64,000 bases of DNA from an uncultured Pseudomonadales bacterium (lineage in GTDB: Bacteria > Pseudomonadota > Gammaproteobacteria > Pseudomonadales > JADFDG01). The DNA lies in assembly GCA_964574995.1 (NCBI GenBank), contig CAZNPF010000003.1, positions 2,507 through 66,506 of the forward strand. Direction: 5' to 3'. A model generated the notes under the pieces. It was given only the letters and a program-made list of their open reading frames with translations, did no database searches and had not been told where the DNA came from. Both the position numbers and the translations under genes were made by a program. Positions 29,488 through 41,578 of the stretch are shown here, one piece after another; position 1 is the first letter of the stretch; the number at the start of each line of letters is the position of its first letter.

Positions 29488-30432
29488 GTGTTGTACGAGC
29501 ACCGCACCGTCCTTCTGCAGGAGGCGGTTGATGCGTTGCAGGTGCGACCCGATGGCATCTACGTGGATGCCACGTTTGGTCGCGGGGGGCATAGCAGGGA
29601 AATCCTGCGTCGCCTCGGCCCGACGGGCCGCCTGCTGGGTATCGATCGTGATCCGCAGGCGGTAGCGGCAGGCGACATGCTGGCGAACGAGGATGTGCGG
29701 TTTGCGATGGCGCACGGCGAGTTTGTAACGCTTTCGACGCAAGTCGATGCGCGAGGTTGGCGGGGTCGAGTCAACGGTTTGTTGCTGGATCTCGGTGTGT
29801 CATCACCGCAGTTGGATGATCCGGCGCGCGGCTTCAGTTTTTTGCGTGAAGGTCCGCTGGACATGCGGATGAATCCGCAGGCAGGCGAAAGCGCTGCGGA
29901 TTTTCTTGCAAGGGCGAGTGTGGAGGAGCTGGAAACGGTGTTTCGCGATCTGGGTGAAGAACGGTTTTCTCGTCGCATCGCGCAGGCCATCGTCCGCGCG
30001 CGAGACAGCCGCCCCCTGAAAACTACCGCTCAGCTCGCCGAATTGGTTGCTGCCAACGTGCCGAAACACGAGGCCGGAAAAAATCCGGCAACACGGGTGT
30101 TTCAAGCGCTTCGCATACACGTCAACGGTGAGTTGTCACAGGTTGCTGATGTGTTGGCGCAGGTGCCGACGGTGTTGGCGCCGGGCGCGCGTTTGGCGGT
30201 GATCAGCTTTCATTCGCTGGAAGATCGCATCGTCAAGCGTTTCATCCAGTTTCATGAACGCGGCCCAGAAATTCCGCGCGGCCTCCCGCTACTGGCGACG
30301 GCCTTTGTGCCGGTGTTACGGGCGATGGGTAAGCCGATCAAGCCCTCAGAGGCAGAACTCGACACCAATCCGCGTGCTCGCAGTGCGATTTTGCGCGTGG
30401 CGGAAATGGCGAGCGAGGTGGCGCATGGCTGA
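29488..30432 (+). CDS. rsmH: 16S rRNA m4C1402 methyltransferase RsmH
   Basis: 314 aa with a GTV-type start. Motifs HRTVLLQEAVDAL, DATFGRGGHS, LLDLGVSSPQLD, SFHSLEDRIVK. Confidence 0.96.
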   Translation: MLYEHRTVLLQEAVDALQVRPDGIYVDATFGRGGHSREILRRLGPTGRLLGIDRDPQAVAAGDMLANEDVRFAMAHGEFVTLSTQVDARGWRGRVNGLLLDLGVSSPQLDDPARGFSFLREGPLDMRMNPQAGESAADFLARASVEELETVFRDLGEERFSRRIAQAIVRARDSRPLKTTAQLAELVAANVPKHEAGKNPATRVFQALRIHVNGELSQVADVLAQVPTVLAPGARLAVISFHSLEDRIVKRFIQFHERGPEIPRGLPLLATAFVPVLRAMGKPIKPSEAELDTNPRARSAILRVAEMASEVAHG

Positions 30433-30721
30433 GCCGCGCGTACTGACGCCCATGATGCGCGATGCGTTGATGCTCGCGGGTGCAACGGCGCTGGTGCTGC
30501 TGTCGGCAGCAGGCGTTGTGTACAGCGTCTATATGTCGCGCCAAATGGTGAATGAACTGCAATCGCTGCAACGTCAGAGCGATGAGTTGCAGGTGCAGTG
30601 GGGTCAGTTGCTGCTTGAAAAGAGCACGTGGGGTTCCTATCCCCGTGTTGAGCAGACGGCGCGCAGTCATTTGGGCATGTATTTGCCCACCGTGCAGGAA
30701 ATCGTGGTGGTGCAGCCATGA
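30425..30721 (+). CDS. ftsL: cell division protein FtsL
   Basis: ORF 30254..30721; the ATG at 30425 overlaps the rsmH end. ~98 aa with one TM helix then a coiled-coil (ELQSLQRQSDELQVQWGQLLLEKS). Confidence 0.85.
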   Translation: MAEPRVLTPMMRDALMLAGATALVLLSAAGVVYSVYMSRQMVNELQSLQRQSDELQVQWGQLLLEKSTWGSYPRVEQTARSHLGMYLPTVQEIVVVQP

Positions 30722-32460
30722 AAGCAGGCACGGTGAAGAGCGCAAAACGTAGCAACAGTTTGTTGCTGCCTGGCCGCTTGTTGATGGTTTGCCTCGTGTT
30801 GGCCTGTGCTGCCATTGCGCTTGTGGCGCGCGCGACGCAACTGCAAGTCGTTGATGCAGAATTTCTCGGCAAGCAGGGTGATGCGCGTAACGTGCGCGTG
30901 GAACCGCTGGCTGCAACACGCGGTTTGATTCTGGATCGCAACGGCCAGCCGTTAGCGGTGAGCACGCCGGTGGTGTCGATCTGGGCCAACCCGCCACAGT
31001 TGCTGGCGGCGCGTGATCAGTGGAAAAAACTGGCGCGCAAAGCAGGGCTTGATCTTGAAGACATGCGCGACAAAGTCGTGCGCGCGCAGAACCGAGAGTT
31101 TCTCTATCTGCGTCGTCATTTAGCCCCCGAAGTGGCCAACAGCATTCTTGCGCTCAATGTGCCGGGTGTTTACGGAACGACGGAATATCGTCGTTATTAC
31201 CCATCGGGTGAAGTGGCGGCGCATGTCGTGGGTTTCACCAACATTGATGACATTGGCCAAGAAGGCGCGGAACTGGCTTGGGAGCCATTGCTGGGTGCGC
31301 ACACCGGCTCGCGTCGTGTGGTGAAGGATCTCAAGGGCCGCGTGGTGAAAGACATCGAGGTCATCGATGACGCACGCGCTGGCAAAGACGTCACGCTGTC
31401 CATCGATTTGCGCATTCAATATTTGGCCTATCGTGAACTGGCCGCCTCTGTGCAGGAGCACCACGCCATCGGTGGCAGCGTGGTGGTGATGGATGTCGAT
31501 AGCGGTGAAGTGCTGGCGATGGTCAATCAGCCGGCCTACAACCCAAATAACCGCACGGGTGTACGCACGGCATGGTTACGGAATCGTGCCGTAACCGACA
31601 TGTTTGAGCCTGGCTCAACCATGAAAACGTTTACTGCTGCGGCAGGTATTGAAAGTGGCAAATATCGCCCGACGACGCTGATCAACACGTCGCCGGGTAA
31701 ATTAAAAGTGGGCGATAAAGTCATCAGCGATCACGAAGATTTCGGGTTGATTTCGGTGACAACGATGTTGACCAAATCGAGCAACATCGCTGCGAGTCAT
31801 ATCGCGCTCTCGATGCCTCCGGAAAAACTGGTGTCGATGTTTCAGCGCATGGGTTTTGGTAGCCCGACCCACACGGGTTTCCCAGGTGAGAGCAGCGGCT
31901 CAGTTCCTGCGCGCAAAAAATGGCGTCCGATTGAACTGGCAACGATTTCGTATGGTTACGGGGTGTCGGTTACAGCGCTGCAATTAGCGCAGGCGTATTC
32001 CGCTATTGCTTCCGGCGGTGTTTTCCGTCCCGCAACTTTGTTGCGAACCCACGAGCCGGTAGTGGGCGAACGTGTATTAAGTGCGGACTTGGCAAATACG
32101 CTGCTGCGGATGCTCGGCACCGTGACGACGGATGAAGGCACGGCAGTACGTGCGCGTATCAATGGCTACAACGTGGCGGGTAAGACCGGCACGGTACACA
32201 AGTTCAGCAATGGCAGTTACGCCGAATCGGATTACATGTCGATTTTTGCCGGCATGGCACCGGCATCCAATCCGCGTGTGGTGACGATTGTGGTGATCGA
32301 TGGTCCGCAGGGCCGTGCCTATTACGGTGGTCAGGTGGCAGCACCGGTATTTTCGGCGGTCACTGCTGGCGCGTTGCGTACGCTGGATGTCAGTCCGGAT
32401 GCCGTCGAGCCCACCAAAATGGCGAGCGTCAACGGCGTTGAGCGCGGAGGTGTGCTGTGA
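30718..32460 (+). CDS. ftsI: peptidoglycan D,D-transpeptidase FtsI (PBP3)
   Basis: 580 aa with an N-terminal anchor and motifs STMK, SSN, KTGT. Confidence 0.95.
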   Translation: MKAGTVKSAKRSNSLLLPGRLLMVCLVLACAAIALVARATQLQVVDAEFLGKQGDARNVRVEPLAATRGLILDRNGQPLAVSTPVVSIWANPPQLLAARDQWKKLARKAGLDLEDMRDKVVRAQNREFLYLRRHLAPEVANSILALNVPGVYGTTEYRRYYPSGEVAAHVVGFTNIDDIGQEGAELAWEPLLGAHTGSRRVVKDLKGRVVKDIEVIDDARAGKDVTLSIDLRIQYLAYRELAASVQEHHAIGGSVVVMDVDSGEVLAMVNQPAYNPNNRTGVRTAWLRNRAVTDMFEPGSTMKTFTAAAGIESGKYRPTTLINTSPGKLKVGDKVISDHEDFGLISVTTMLTKSSNIAASHIALSMPPEKLVSMFQRMGFGSPTHTGFPGESSGSVPARKKWRPIELATISYGYGVSVTALQLAQAYSAIASGGVFRPATLLRTHEPVVGERVLSADLANTLLRMLGTVTTDEGTAVRARINGYNVAGKTGTVHKFSNGSYAESDYMSIFAGMAPASNPRVVTIVVIDGPQGRAYYGGQVAAPVFSAVTAGALRTLDVSPDAVEPTKMASVNGVERGGVL

Positions 32461-34010
32461 GCACGTTTCGCGCACATCCTCGCCGCATGATGTTGGCTGA
32501 TTTGTTGGTGGCCGCAGGTATTTCCGCGCCGCTGGCGGAGAGCGACGCTGTGCGTGTGATCACAGGGATTTGTGATGATAGCCGCGCCGTGCAGCCAGGC
32601 GATCTATATCTGGCGCTGCGTGGTGCGAATGCAGACGGCCGCGCTTTTATTGGCCAAGCGATTGCTGCGGGTGCCGCTGCTGTATTGGCTGAAGATGATG
32701 ACAACGCAGGCCATGCCGATGCAGGTATTGCATCAACCGACACCGTGCCGGTGATTGCGATTGGTGGATTGCGCGCGTTGGCGGGGCGCTTGGCGTCGGC
32801 ATTCTTTGAGGAGCCTTCGCGGCGGATGTCGGTGGTGGCGGTGACAGGCACCAACGGCAAAACCACGGTCAGTTGGTTGCTGGCGCAAGCATTGGAAAAA
32901 TTGGGTAGCCAAGCAGCCGTGTTGGGCACTTTGGGTGTGGGCGCTGCTGGCAAAGGTCCGCGCGATGCGTTGCGTAATACCACGCCGGGTGCGGTGGAAT
33001 TGCAATCGTTGCTGGCCGGTTTGAGTGACGCGGGATTCCAAGCGGTTGCGATGGAAGCATCGTCGATTGGTATTGAGCAGCAGCGTCTTGCCGGAACGCA
33101 GTTGCGTGCAGCGATGTTCACCAATCTCAGCCGAGATCACCTCGACTATCACGGCAACATGGACGCTTACGCAGAAGCCAAAGCGGCGTTGTTCGCTTGG
33201 CCGGGCCTCGAAGGTGCGGTGCTCAATGGCGATGACCCGGTTGCGTTGCAGTGGTTGGCGCAGGGGCGAGTGCACGCTGATCGCGTCTATACCTACGGTG
33301 CTGCTGGGCGTGGACACGACATTGAATTGGTTGGGCTCGCTGCCGGTACACAAGGTTCGCGACTGTCGTTGCGCATCGAAGGACGCGACGTCACGGTGGA
33401 TACGCGTCTGCTGGGCGATTTCAACGCGGCGAATTTGATGGTGGTCGTGGGTGCGCTGCGTGTGTTGGGTTATCGCATCGACGCCATCATCCCGGTGCTT
33501 AGTGCTTTGTTGCCGCCGGCAGGCCGGATGGAATCGTTTGGTGGTGTCGATGCGCCGCTGTGCGTCGTGGACTACGCACACACGCCCGACGCACTGGAAA
33601 AAGTTTTGTCAGTATTGCGTGCACGCAGCAATGGTGCTCTGTGGTGCGTATTTGGGTGTGGCGGTGATCGTGATCGCGGCAAGCGTGCGCAAATGGGTGC
33701 AGTCGCTGCGCGGTTGGCCGATATGTCGGTGGTCACCAGTGACAATCCGCGTAGCGAATCACCACAAGCCATCGTCGATGACATCATGGCGGGCATGCAG
33801 GCTGCGCCATCAGGTCATGTGCGGGTGGTGTTGGACCGTACTGACGCCATTACGCGCGCCGTGCAGATGGCCGCGATCGGTGACACCGTGCTGGTCGCAG
33901 GAAAAGGTCACGAGGATTATCAGGAAATTAATGGCCGGCGGTTGCCGTATTCCGACCGTGCCGTGGTGGCGGCTGCGTTGGTTGAGCGTCATGCGGGCGG
34001 TGTCGCATGA
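32457..34010 (+). CDS. murE: UDP-MurNAc-L-Ala-D-Glu:meso-DAP ligase MurE
   Basis: 517-aa Mur ligase with P-loop GTNGKTT and the DNPR motif (TSDNPRSE). Confidence 0.95.
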   Translation: MSTFRAHPRRMMLADLLVAAGISAPLAESDAVRVITGICDDSRAVQPGDLYLALRGANADGRAFIGQAIAAGAAAVLAEDDDNAGHADAGIASTDTVPVIAIGGLRALAGRLASAFFEEPSRRMSVVAVTGTNGKTTVSWLLAQALEKLGSQAAVLGTLGVGAAGKGPRDALRNTTPGAVELQSLLAGLSDAGFQAVAMEASSIGIEQQRLAGTQLRAAMFTNLSRDHLDYHGNMDAYAEAKAALFAWPGLEGAVLNGDDPVALQWLAQGRVHADRVYTYGAAGRGHDIELVGLAAGTQGSRLSLRIEGRDVTVDTRLLGDFNAANLMVVVGALRVLGYRIDAIIPVLSALLPPAGRMESFGGVDAPLCVVDYAHTPDALEKVLSVLRARSNGALWCVFGCGGDRDRGKRAQMGAVAARLADMSVVTSDNPRSESPQAIVDDIMAGMQAAPSGHVRVVLDRTDAITRAVQMAAIGDTVLVAGKGHEDYQEINGRRLPYSDRAVVAAALVERHAGGVA

Positions 34011-35410
34011 AAATGATGCTATCGACCGCCGCGCGCGCCATGAATGCCACCTTACGCGGCCACGATGCCGAGTTCTCCGCGGTGAGCACCGACAGTCGAA
34101 AGTTGGCTGTCGGTGCTCTTTTCTTCGCGCTTAAGGGCGCCAATCACGACGGTCACGATCATGTGGCCGCCGTGCGTTCTGCCGGTGCGGTTGCCGCCGT
34201 GGTTTCGCGTGACGATGCCGCGTTTGGTGAACCGCGTCTTGTGGTGGCTGATACCCAGTACGCCTTGGGCCGTTTAGCGGCAGCGCATCGCGCGGCTTCG
34301 TCGGCGAAGGTCGTCGCGATCACGGGAAATTCCGGAAAAACCACCACGCGTGAACTGACTGCAGCGGTATTACGTCGTGCCGGCAAAACACTTTCTACGC
34401 AAGGCAATTTCAATAACGAAATTGGCTTGCCACTCACGCTGCTGAACCTTGATGCCAACGACTCCTACGCGGTGGTGGAACTCGGGCAAGGACGCCCGGG
34501 GGACATCGCGTACCTCGTCGATATCGCTAAACCGAATATCGCGGTGGTGACCAATGTCACGGGCGCGCATCTGGCCGGTTTCGGCACGCTGGAGGCCATC
34601 GCTGCTGGCAAAGGCGAGGTGTATACGCAGCTGCCGGCGGATGGCGTAGCGATCATCAATCGTGATGATGGCTTTGCGGATTATTGGCGCACACGTTTGC
34701 CGTCCTGCCGGGTGCTGAGTTACTCCGCGCAGGAACATGCCATGCAAGGCCCGCCGGTGGATGTGCGCGCTGAAGGCATTCAACTGGGCAGTGACGGTTG
34801 TGCGCACTTCACGTTGCTGGCGAGTGGTAAGCGGGCGGCGGTGATGTTGTCGGTGCCGGGTTTGCACAACGTATCCAACGCCTTGGCAGCGGCAACAGTT
34901 GGCATTGCGTGTGGCGTTGCGCTCGATGTCATCGCAGAAGCGCTGGCAGATGTGCAATCCGTAGCGGGCCGCCTTGCGGTGCGCGTGTTGGCGGATGGCG
35001 TGCGCGTGATCGACGACACCTACAACGCTAACCCGGGTTCAGTGAAAGCGGCTGTTCGGACGCTGTGCAGTTATAGCGGCCGCCGTTTATTGGTGCTGGG
35101 GCATATGGCGGAATTGGGACCGATGGCGGCGTCACTGCATCGTGAAGTCGGTGCATTTGCGCGTGCGGCCGGCGTTGACGCGCTCTATGTGACGGGTGAT
35201 TTCGCAGCAGAGACCGCCGCTGGTTTTGGTAGCGGCGCGCAGATCTGTCGCGGCATCGACGAGGTGCTTGCCGCGTTGCAGGCCGATCTGATGCAGGAAA
35301 AACAACAAGACAACGCAGTGACGGTGCTGGTGAAAGGTTCACGCAGCGCACGTATGGAACGTGTGGTTACTGCGCTGACAGGAGAAGGCAATGCTGCTTT
35401 GGCTCACTGA
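34007..35410 (+). CDS. murF: UDP-MurNAc-tripeptide:D-Ala-D-Ala ligase MurF
   Basis: 467 aa with P-loop GNSGKTTT and [10 protein letters not shown]. Overlaps the murE stop. Confidence 0.95.
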   Translation: MKMMLSTAARAMNATLRGHDAEFSAVSTDSRKLAVGALFFALKGANHDGHDHVAAVRSAGAVAAVVSRDDAAFGEPRLVVADTQYALGRLAAAHRAASSAKVVAITGNSGKTTTRELTAAVLRRAGKTLSTQGNFNNEIGLPLTLLNLDANDSYAVVELGQGRPGDIAYLVDIAKPNIAVVTNVTGAHLAGFGTLEAIAAGKGEVYTQLPADGVAIINRDDGFADYWRTRLPSCRVLSYSAQEHAMQGPPVDVRAEGIQLGSDGCAHFTLLASGKRAAVMLSVPGLHNVSNALAAATVGIACGVALDVIAEALADVQSVAGRLAVRVLADGVRVIDDTYNANPGSVKAAVRTLCSYSGRRLLVLGHMAELGPMAASLHREVGAFARAAGVDALYVTGDFAAETAAGFGSGAQICRGIDEVLAALQADLMQEKQQDNAVTVLVKGSRSARMERVVTALTGEGNAALAH

Positions 35411-36488
35411 ATATCTGGCGCAATATCACTCGGGCTTCGCGGTATTCCAGTACCTGACGTTGCGCGCCATTCTTGGTGCCATGACGGCGTTAGTCATTTC
35501 GCTGATGCTGGGTCCGTGGATGATCGAGCGTTTGCGCGTCATGAAATTCGGTCAGGCCATTCGCACCGACGGCCCACAATCGCATTTATCCAAAGCGGGC
35601 ACGCCAACCATGGGCGGCGCGCTGATTTTGGTGGCGATCTTTGCGTCTACCTTGCTGTGGGCAAACCTTGAGAACCGCTACGTTTGGATCGTGCTCGGCG
35701 TCACCATGATTTTCGGTGCGGTTGGCTGGGTGGATGACTACCGCAAAGTCGTAGAGAAAAATTCACGGGGTCTGCCAGCGCGCTGGAAATATTTCTGGCA
35801 GTCCGTAGCGGGTTTGGGCGCGGCGATTCTGCTGTACGGATCGGTACAAGGCACGCCGGCAGAAATTACACAGACCACATTGATCGTGCCGTTTTTCAAA
35901 CACGCCACGATCGACCTTGGCCCGGTGCTGTTTGTCGTGTTGGCTTACTTCGTCATTGTGGGTACTAGCAACGCGGTGAACTTGACGGATGGTCTTGATG
36001 GTCTTGCCATCATGCCGACGGTCATGGTGGGTGCGGCATTGGGTGTTTTTGCTTATCTCTCCGGCAACGTGAAATTTGCGCAGTACTTGTTGATTCCACA
36101 GGTGACGGGCGCGGGCGAGCTGGTGGTGATCGTCGGTTCTCTGATTGGCGCGGGGCTGGGCTTCCTCTGGTTCAACAGTTATCCAGCGCAAGTTTTCATG
36201 GGCGATGTTGGCGCGCTGGCGCTGGGCGCTTTGCTGGGCACGATTGCTGTGATCGTTCGACAGGAAATCGTGTTGTTCATCATGGGCGGCATTTTCGTAT
36301 TGGAAACCGTGTCCGTGATGATGCAGGTCGCTTCGTTCAAGTTGACCGGAAAACGCATTTTCCGAATGGCCCCCATTCATCATCACTTTGAATTGAAAGG
36401 CTGGCCGGAACCCAAAGTGATTGTGCGGTTTTGGATCATCACGTTTGTGTTGGTGATGATCGGTCTTGCGTCGCTGAAAATTCGTTAA
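35391..36488 (+). CDS. mraY: phospho-MurNAc-pentapeptide translocase MraY
   Basis: 365-aa polytopic protein with [35 protein letters not shown]. Confidence 0.97.
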   Translation: MLLWLTEYLAQYHSGFAVFQYLTLRAILGAMTALVISLMLGPWMIERLRVMKFGQAIRTDGPQSHLSKAGTPTMGGALILVAIFASTLLWANLENRYVWIVLGVTMIFGAVGWVDDYRKVVEKNSRGLPARWKYFWQSVAGLGAAILLYGSVQGTPAEITQTTLIVPFFKHATIDLGPVLFVVLAYFVIVGTSNAVNLTDGLDGLAIMPTVMVGAALGVFAYLSGNVKFAQYLLIPQVTGAGELVVIVGSLIGAGLGFLWFNSYPAQVFMGDVGALALGALLGTIAVIVRQEIVLFIMGGIFVLETVSVMMQVASFKLTGKRIFRMAPIHHHFELKGWPEPKVIVRFWIITFVLVMIGLASLKIR

Positions 36489-36526
36489 GCAGAAATATCA
36501 GGAAAGAGAAAGGACGACTTAAAGCC

Positions 36527-37873
36527 ATGTACGTGGTCGTGGGATTGGGCAAAACGGGGATCTCTTGCTTGCGCTGGTTGCGCGGGCGGGGTGAGGCCGT
36601 GCGCGCCATCGATACCCGCATCACGCCGCCCAATTTGGCGAATGTGCAAGCTGAGTTTCCTGATCTCGAGATTCACACGGGCAGTTTGCGATTGGATTGG
36701 CTGGAAAGTGCCGACGCCATCGTCGCCAGCCCAGGCGTCGCTGTGGCTGAGCCGGAAATTGCGGCAGCAGTGGCGGCGGGTGTGCCGGTGATCGGTGATA
36801 TCGAATTATTTGCCAATGTTGCACGTGCGCCGGTGATCGGTATTACCGGTTCCAACGGCAAGAGCACGGTGACGGCGCTGGTCGGCGAAATGGCGCGTGC
36901 CGCGAATCGCGTTGCAGCCGTCGGTGGTAACTACGGCACGCCGGCATTGGATCTACTTGCTGATGATGTGGCGGTTTACGTGCTGGAGCTGTCCAGTTTT
37001 CAGCTGGAAACGACCTTCACGCTGCGATTGGCGGGCGCCACCCTTCTCAATCTCAGCGAAGATCACATGGACCGCTATGCGTCCTTTGCTGACTACGGAC
37101 ACGCCAAGCAACGCATTTATGCGCATTGCGGGGTAGCAGTAATTAACCGTGACGATCCTTGGTCAGGGCCCCGCGAGAGTTTCTCCGGCCAAACGATTTT
37201 CTTTGGTGCGGGAGAATCGAATAACGGCTTTGGCATTACGCGCCATCACGGTGCTCGTTGGATCAGTTATGACGGCGAACCGTTGCTGGCTTGTGACGAA
37301 TTGCGCATCAAAGGCACGCACAACCAACTCAATGCCATGGCAGCGTTGGGCTTGGGTATCGCAGCCGGGTTTCCGATGGATGCCATGCTGCATGCGCTGC
37401 GCGAATTTCCGGGGTTGCCGCATCGCTGCCGTTTCGTGACGGAACGTCATGGCGTTGCTTGGTACAACGATTCCAAGGGCACCAATATTGGTGCTACGGC
37501 GGCAGCGTTGGTGGGTCTGGGTGAAAACATCAGCGGCAAAGTGGTGTTGATTGCCGGTGGCGTTGGCAAAGACCAAGATTTTCGTTTACTCGATTCCCAC
37601 GTGCGCGCTTGGGTACGCAAAGTGGTGTTGATTGGCCAAGATGCGCCGCTGATTCGTACGGCGTTGAGTGAAGCCGAGAAATTGGTCGATGCCGATTCCA
37701 TGGCGCAAGCCATTGCGCTGTGTGCGCAATTAGCACAGCCAGGCGATGCGGTGCTGTTGTCGCCGGCTTGTGCCAGTTTCGATATGTACAGCGGCTATGA
37801 CCAACGTGGTAATGACTTCGAGCAGCGAGTGCTGGCGCACGTCGGCGCTGCGGCAGTGGGAGGGGTGGCCTGA
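36527..37873 (+). CDS. murD: UDP-MurNAc-L-Ala:D-Glu ligase MurD
   Basis: ORF 36431..37873; the ATG at 36527 follows AAAGGA. N-terminus VVGLGKTG and P-loop GSNGKST. Confidence 0.94.
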   Translation: MYVVVGLGKTGISCLRWLRGRGEAVRAIDTRITPPNLANVQAEFPDLEIHTGSLRLDWLESADAIVASPGVAVAEPEIAAAVAAGVPVIGDIELFANVARAPVIGITGSNGKSTVTALVGEMARAANRVAAVGGNYGTPALDLLADDVAVYVLELSSFQLETTFTLRLAGATLLNLSEDHMDRYASFADYGHAKQRIYAHCGVAVINRDDPWSGPRESFSGQTIFFGAGESNNGFGITRHHGARWISYDGEPLLACDELRIKGTHNQLNAMAALGLGIAAGFPMDAMLHALREFPGLPHRCRFVTERHGVAWYNDSKGTNIGATAAALVGLGENISGKVVLIAGGVGKDQDFRLLDSHVRAWVRKVVLIGQDAPLIRTALSEAEKLVDADSMAQAIALCAQLAQPGDAVLLSPACASFDMYSGYDQRGNDFEQRVLAHVGAAAVGGVA

Positions 37874-39036
37874 TGTTGTTGCCATTCCTGACAGCCCGTC
37901 AGCAAATGTTGCTCAGCGCAATCTTGTTATTGCTGACTGGAATTCTGCTGGTGTTGTCGGCATCCATTTACTACGCCGCCAATAAGTTGGATGCACCGTT
38001 TTACTTTGCGATGCGCCACACCGTGTTTGTTTTGTTTGCCTTGGTGGGTGCATGGTTTGCTTCGCGCATTTCGCTAGAAACGGTGCAGCGCTTGAGCCCA
38101 GTGTGGCTGTTGCTTGGCGTGGGCGCACTAATCGTCGTTCTGGTGCCTGGTGTTGGTCGAGAAGTGAACGGCAGTCAGCGCTGGATTCCACTGCCATTGT
38201 TTAATGTTCAGCCCAGCGAATTCGTCAAATTGGCGATGTTGGTATTCATGGCGGATTACCTGGCGCGTCGTCGAGATGAACTGACTTCTCTCATCGCCAT
38301 CATTAAACCGCTGCTGGTGATGTTGGTGGTGCTGGTCTTGTTGTTGGCGGAGCCGGATTTGGGCACGTCGGTGGTGCTGTTGTGCATGGTGTTCGCGCTG
38401 TTATTTTTGGCCGGTATGCCATGGCAATACACAGCAGGTTTTCTGGTGCTTGGTATTGGCGCTGTGGCGGCGTTGATTCTGACCAACCCTTATCGCTTAG
38501 CGCGTTTGACCAGTTACATGGATCCTTGGCAACACCAGTTCGATACCGGATATCAGTTGGTGCAAAGCCTGATCGCCTTCGGTCGTGGCGAAGTGTTTGG
38601 CGTGGGGCTCGGCAACAGTGTGCAGAAGCTTTTTTATCTGCCGGAAGCACATACGGACTTTGTGTTTGCGGTGGCTGCCGAAGAATTTGGACTGATGGGC
38701 GTCATTTTCATCGTCACGCTATTTGTCTTGCTGGTCGGCGCCATTCTTCATATCGCGCGTGAACGTGCGCAAGCTGGCGATGCATTCGGTGCATTTTTTG
38801 CTTGGGGCGCGGCGCTGCTGTTTGGTGTGCAGTCGTTCATCAATATGGGCGTCAACATGGGGTTGATGCCCACTAAGGGCCTGACGTTGCCGTTGGTGAG
38901 TTACGGTGGCTCCAGTCTGGTTGTTTGTTGCTTGCTGCTGGGTGCGCTGTGGCAATTGGCTGCGCCCGCCAGTGGTGCAACGCGTGTGAGCCCGCGTACC
39001 TCCGCCACGCTGTCGCGTGGCAGGGTGGCCGCATGA
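37873..39036 (+). CDS. ftsW: SEDS peptidoglycan glycosyltransferase FtsW
   Basis: 387-aa polytopic protein with RWIPLPLFNVQPSEFVKL, PEAHTDFVF and LTLPLVSYGGSS. Confidence 0.95.
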   Translation: MLLPFLTARQQMLLSAILLLLTGILLVLSASIYYAANKLDAPFYFAMRHTVFVLFALVGAWFASRISLETVQRLSPVWLLLGVGALIVVLVPGVGREVNGSQRWIPLPLFNVQPSEFVKLAMLVFMADYLARRRDELTSLIAIIKPLLVMLVVLVLLLAEPDLGTSVVLLCMVFALLFLAGMPWQYTAGFLVLGIGAVAALILTNPYRLARLTSYMDPWQHQFDTGYQLVQSLIAFGRGEVFGVGLGNSVQKLFYLPEAHTDFVFAVAAEEFGLMGVIFIVTLFVLLVGAILHIARERAQAGDAFGAFFAWGAALLFGVQSFINMGVNMGLMPTKGLTLPLVSYGGSSLVVCCLLLGALWQLAAPASGATRVSPRTSATLSRGRVAA

Positions 39037-40118
39037 ATAATTTTTCGCGCATGAACATGTTGCTCATGGCCGGTGGTACGGGTGGGCATGTATTTCCGGC
39101 GTTGGCGGTGGCGCAACACGTGATGGCCGGTGGCGGCCGCGTGCATTGGTTGGGTTCCGACGGTGGCATGGAAGTGGAACTGGTCACCAAACATGGGCTG
39201 GCGATCAGCACGTTGCCGGTCAGTGGTGTGCGCGGTGGTGGCATCGCGCGCAAATTGACGGCGCCGCTGAAAATTATTCGTTCGGTGTTGGGTGCGCGCG
39301 CGGTGATTCGTCGTGAACAGCCGACGGTAATCATCGGATTCGGTGGCTTTGCCTCTGGCCCGGGCGGTGTTGCGGCGCGTCTTAGCGGTGTGCCGCTGGT
39401 GGTACATGAACAAAACGCCATTGCCGGGCTGACCAATAAATTGCTGTCGCGAATCGCGAACCGCACGTTGGTGGCTTTCCCGCAGGCGCAGGAACAATTG
39501 TCTGCCGCGCAAGTGGTGGGAAATCCGGTGCGTGCGGAAATTCGTGCGGTACCGTCGCCGGCAGTACGTTATGCCGGCCGCGAAGGCGCGCTGCGCGTGT
39601 TGGTGGTGGGCGGCAGTCTGGGTGCACAGGCGCTCAATGCCAGCGTGCCGGCCGCCATGGCGATCATGGCCAGCCAGCAACCCGTCACGGTGCGTCACCA
39701 AGCGGGCCGTAAAGATGTCGAGATCACGCGCGGCAATTACGCGCGAGTCGATGTGCAAGCGGAAGTATCTGCGTTCATTGACGACATGGCGGCCGCGTAT
39801 GCCTGGGCAGATCTCGTGATCTGCCGCGCTGGCGCGCTCACCATTAGCGAATTGGCTGCGGCCGGAGTGCCGTCGATTTTGGTGCCATTTCCGCATGCCG
39901 TGGACGATCACCAGACACACAACGCCGCGCATCTGGTGCGTGCGGGTGCTGCGCGCTTGCTGCCGCAAACACAACTGAATGGCGAACGCTTGGCGGCGGA
40001 GATCCGTGCCATGGGCGATCGCCAGCAACTGCAATCGATGGCGACGGCCGCGCGTGGTGCATCGTTTGGCGACGCTGCCGCAGTGATCGCCAATATTTGC
40101 CTTGAGGTGAGTGCATGA
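39033..40118 (+). CDS. murG: lipid II-forming GlcNAc transferase MurG
   Basis: ORF 38925..40118; the ATG at 39033 overlaps the ftsW stop (ATGA). G-loop [14 protein letters not shown], and C-terminal DDHQTHNA. Confidence 0.95.
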   Translation: MNNFSRMNMLLMAGGTGGHVFPALAVAQHVMAGGGRVHWLGSDGGMEVELVTKHGLAISTLPVSGVRGGGIARKLTAPLKIIRSVLGARAVIRREQPTVIIGFGGFASGPGGVAARLSGVPLVVHEQNAIAGLTNKLLSRIANRTLVAFPQAQEQLSAAQVVGNPVRAEIRAVPSPAVRYAGREGALRVLVVGGSLGAQALNASVPAAMAIMASQQPVTVRHQAGRKDVEITRGNYARVDVQAEVSAFIDDMAAAYAWADLVICRAGALTISELAAAGVPSILVPFPHAVDDHQTHNAAHLVRAGAARLLPQTQLNGERLAAEIRAMGDRQQLQSMATAARGASFGDAAAVIANICLEVSA

Positions 40119-41578
40119 AACGTTCAGGCATGGATAACGCCTCACGATTCCCGGTGCCGGAAATGCGTCGTATCCGTCGCATTCACTTTATTGGCATTGG
40201 TGGCTCGGGCATGTGCGGTATTGCGGAAGTGCTGCTCAACCAAGGTTATGAGATCAGTGGCTCAGATCTGAAGGAAAGCGCCGTCACGCGTCGATTGAAG
40301 AGCATGGGTGCAGAAGTATTTGTGGGCCACGTGGCGGCCAATGCGCAAGGTGCCGACGTGGTTGTCGTCAGCACAGCGGTCAACGATGCCAACCCGGAAC
40401 TGGTCGCTGCGCGCGAGGCGCGTACTCCGGTGGTTCCGCGTGCAGAAATGCTGTCGGAGCTGATGCGTTATCGGCATGGCATTGCGGTTGCTGGCACACA
40501 CGGAAAAACCACCACCACCAGCCTAGTCGCGTCGATTCTAGGTGAAGCCGGTTTTGATCCCACATTTGTGATTGGTGGCCGCTTGAATAGCGCCGGTTCC
40601 AACGCGAAGTTGGGCGGCAGCCGCTATTTTGTTGCCGAAGCCGACGAATCGGATGCGTCATTCCTGCATCTACAGCCCATGGTGTCGATCGTCACCAATA
40701 TCGATGCCGATCACATGTCGACTTACGGTGGCGATTTTGCGCAGCTAGAGCATACGTTCATCACGTTCCTGCACAACTTGCCGTTTTATGGCGTGGCCGT
40801 GCTCTGTGTCGATGATCCGGTTGTGCGTCGTCTTTTGCCGCAAGTCACGCGTACTTTCTTGACGTACGGCATCGAGCAGGACGATGCCGATTTTCGCGCC
40901 AGCGATATTCGTTATGACGGCATGAGCACGCATTTTGTGGCGCATCGTCCGGCACCGCACAAGCCCTTGAAAGTGACGCTGTCGATTCCGGGCCGACACA
41001 ACGTACTCAATGCGTTGGCGGCGATTGCCGTGGCGACGGATGAACAGGTACCTGATACCGCGATTCTCGATGCCTTGGCGAAATTTCAAGGCGTGGGTCG
41101 TCGTTTTCAGGTGTACGGCACGTTCGACGCAACAGCAGAAGGCGCGACGCTGGCGCATGGCGTGACATTGGTTGACGACTACGGGCATCACCCACGCGAA
41201 GTGCAGGCCACCGTTGCTGCACTGCGCAAAGTGTGGCCAGAGCGTCGCGCCGTCATGCTGTATCAGCCGCATCGCTACACGCGTACCAAAGAACTCTACG
41301 AAGATTTTGTCGGCGCGCTGTCGGAAGTCGACGTGCTGTTGCTGATGGATGTGTATTCCGCAGGTGAAACACCAATTGCCGGCGCCGATGGCCGCAGCCT
41401 GTGCGGCAGCATTCGTTCTCGTGGCCGTATTGATCCCGTATTTGTCGAAAACTCAACGCAGGTAGCACAGGTGCTGCGCAGCGTATTGCGTGACGGTGAT
41501 GTGTTGTTGACCCAGGGTGCCGGCGATATCGGTGCAATCGCCGCGAAGCTGGCTGATGCCGGCCTGAAACTGGATTGA
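40115..41578 (+). CDS. murC: UDP-MurNAc:L-alanine ligase MurC
   Basis: 487 aa with [19 protein letters not shown] and P-loop GTHGKTTT. Confidence 0.95.
   Translation: MKRSGMDNASRFPVPEMRRIRRIHFIGIGGSGMCGIAEVLLNQGYEISGSDLKESAVTRRLKSMGAEVFVGHVAANAQGADVVVVSTAVNDANPELVAAREARTPVVPRAEMLSELMRYRHGIAVAGTHGKTTTTSLVASILGEAGFDPTFVIGGRLNSAGSNAKLGGSRYFVAEADESDASFLHLQPMVSIVTNIDADHMSTYGGDFAQLEHTFITFLHNLPFYGVAVLCVDDPVVRRLLPQVTRTFLTYGIEQDDADFRASDIRYDGMSTHFVAHRPAPHKPLKVTLSIPGRHNVLNALAAIAVATDEQVPDTAILDALAKFQGVGRRFQVYGTFDATAEGATLAHGVTLVDDYGHHPREVQATVAALRKVWPERRAVMLYQPHRYTRTKELYEDFVGALSEVDVLLLMDVYSAGETPIAGADGRSLCGSIRSRGRIDPVFVENSTQVAQVLRSVLRDGDVLLTQGAGDIGAIAAKLADAGLKLD

Noticed and set aside
38901-40145. 414-aa reverse-strand ORF
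   Set aside because: It is fully antisense to murG, with Arg/His-rich low-complexity composition typical of shadow ORFs in GC-rich DNA. murG on the forward strand has all its signature motifs.
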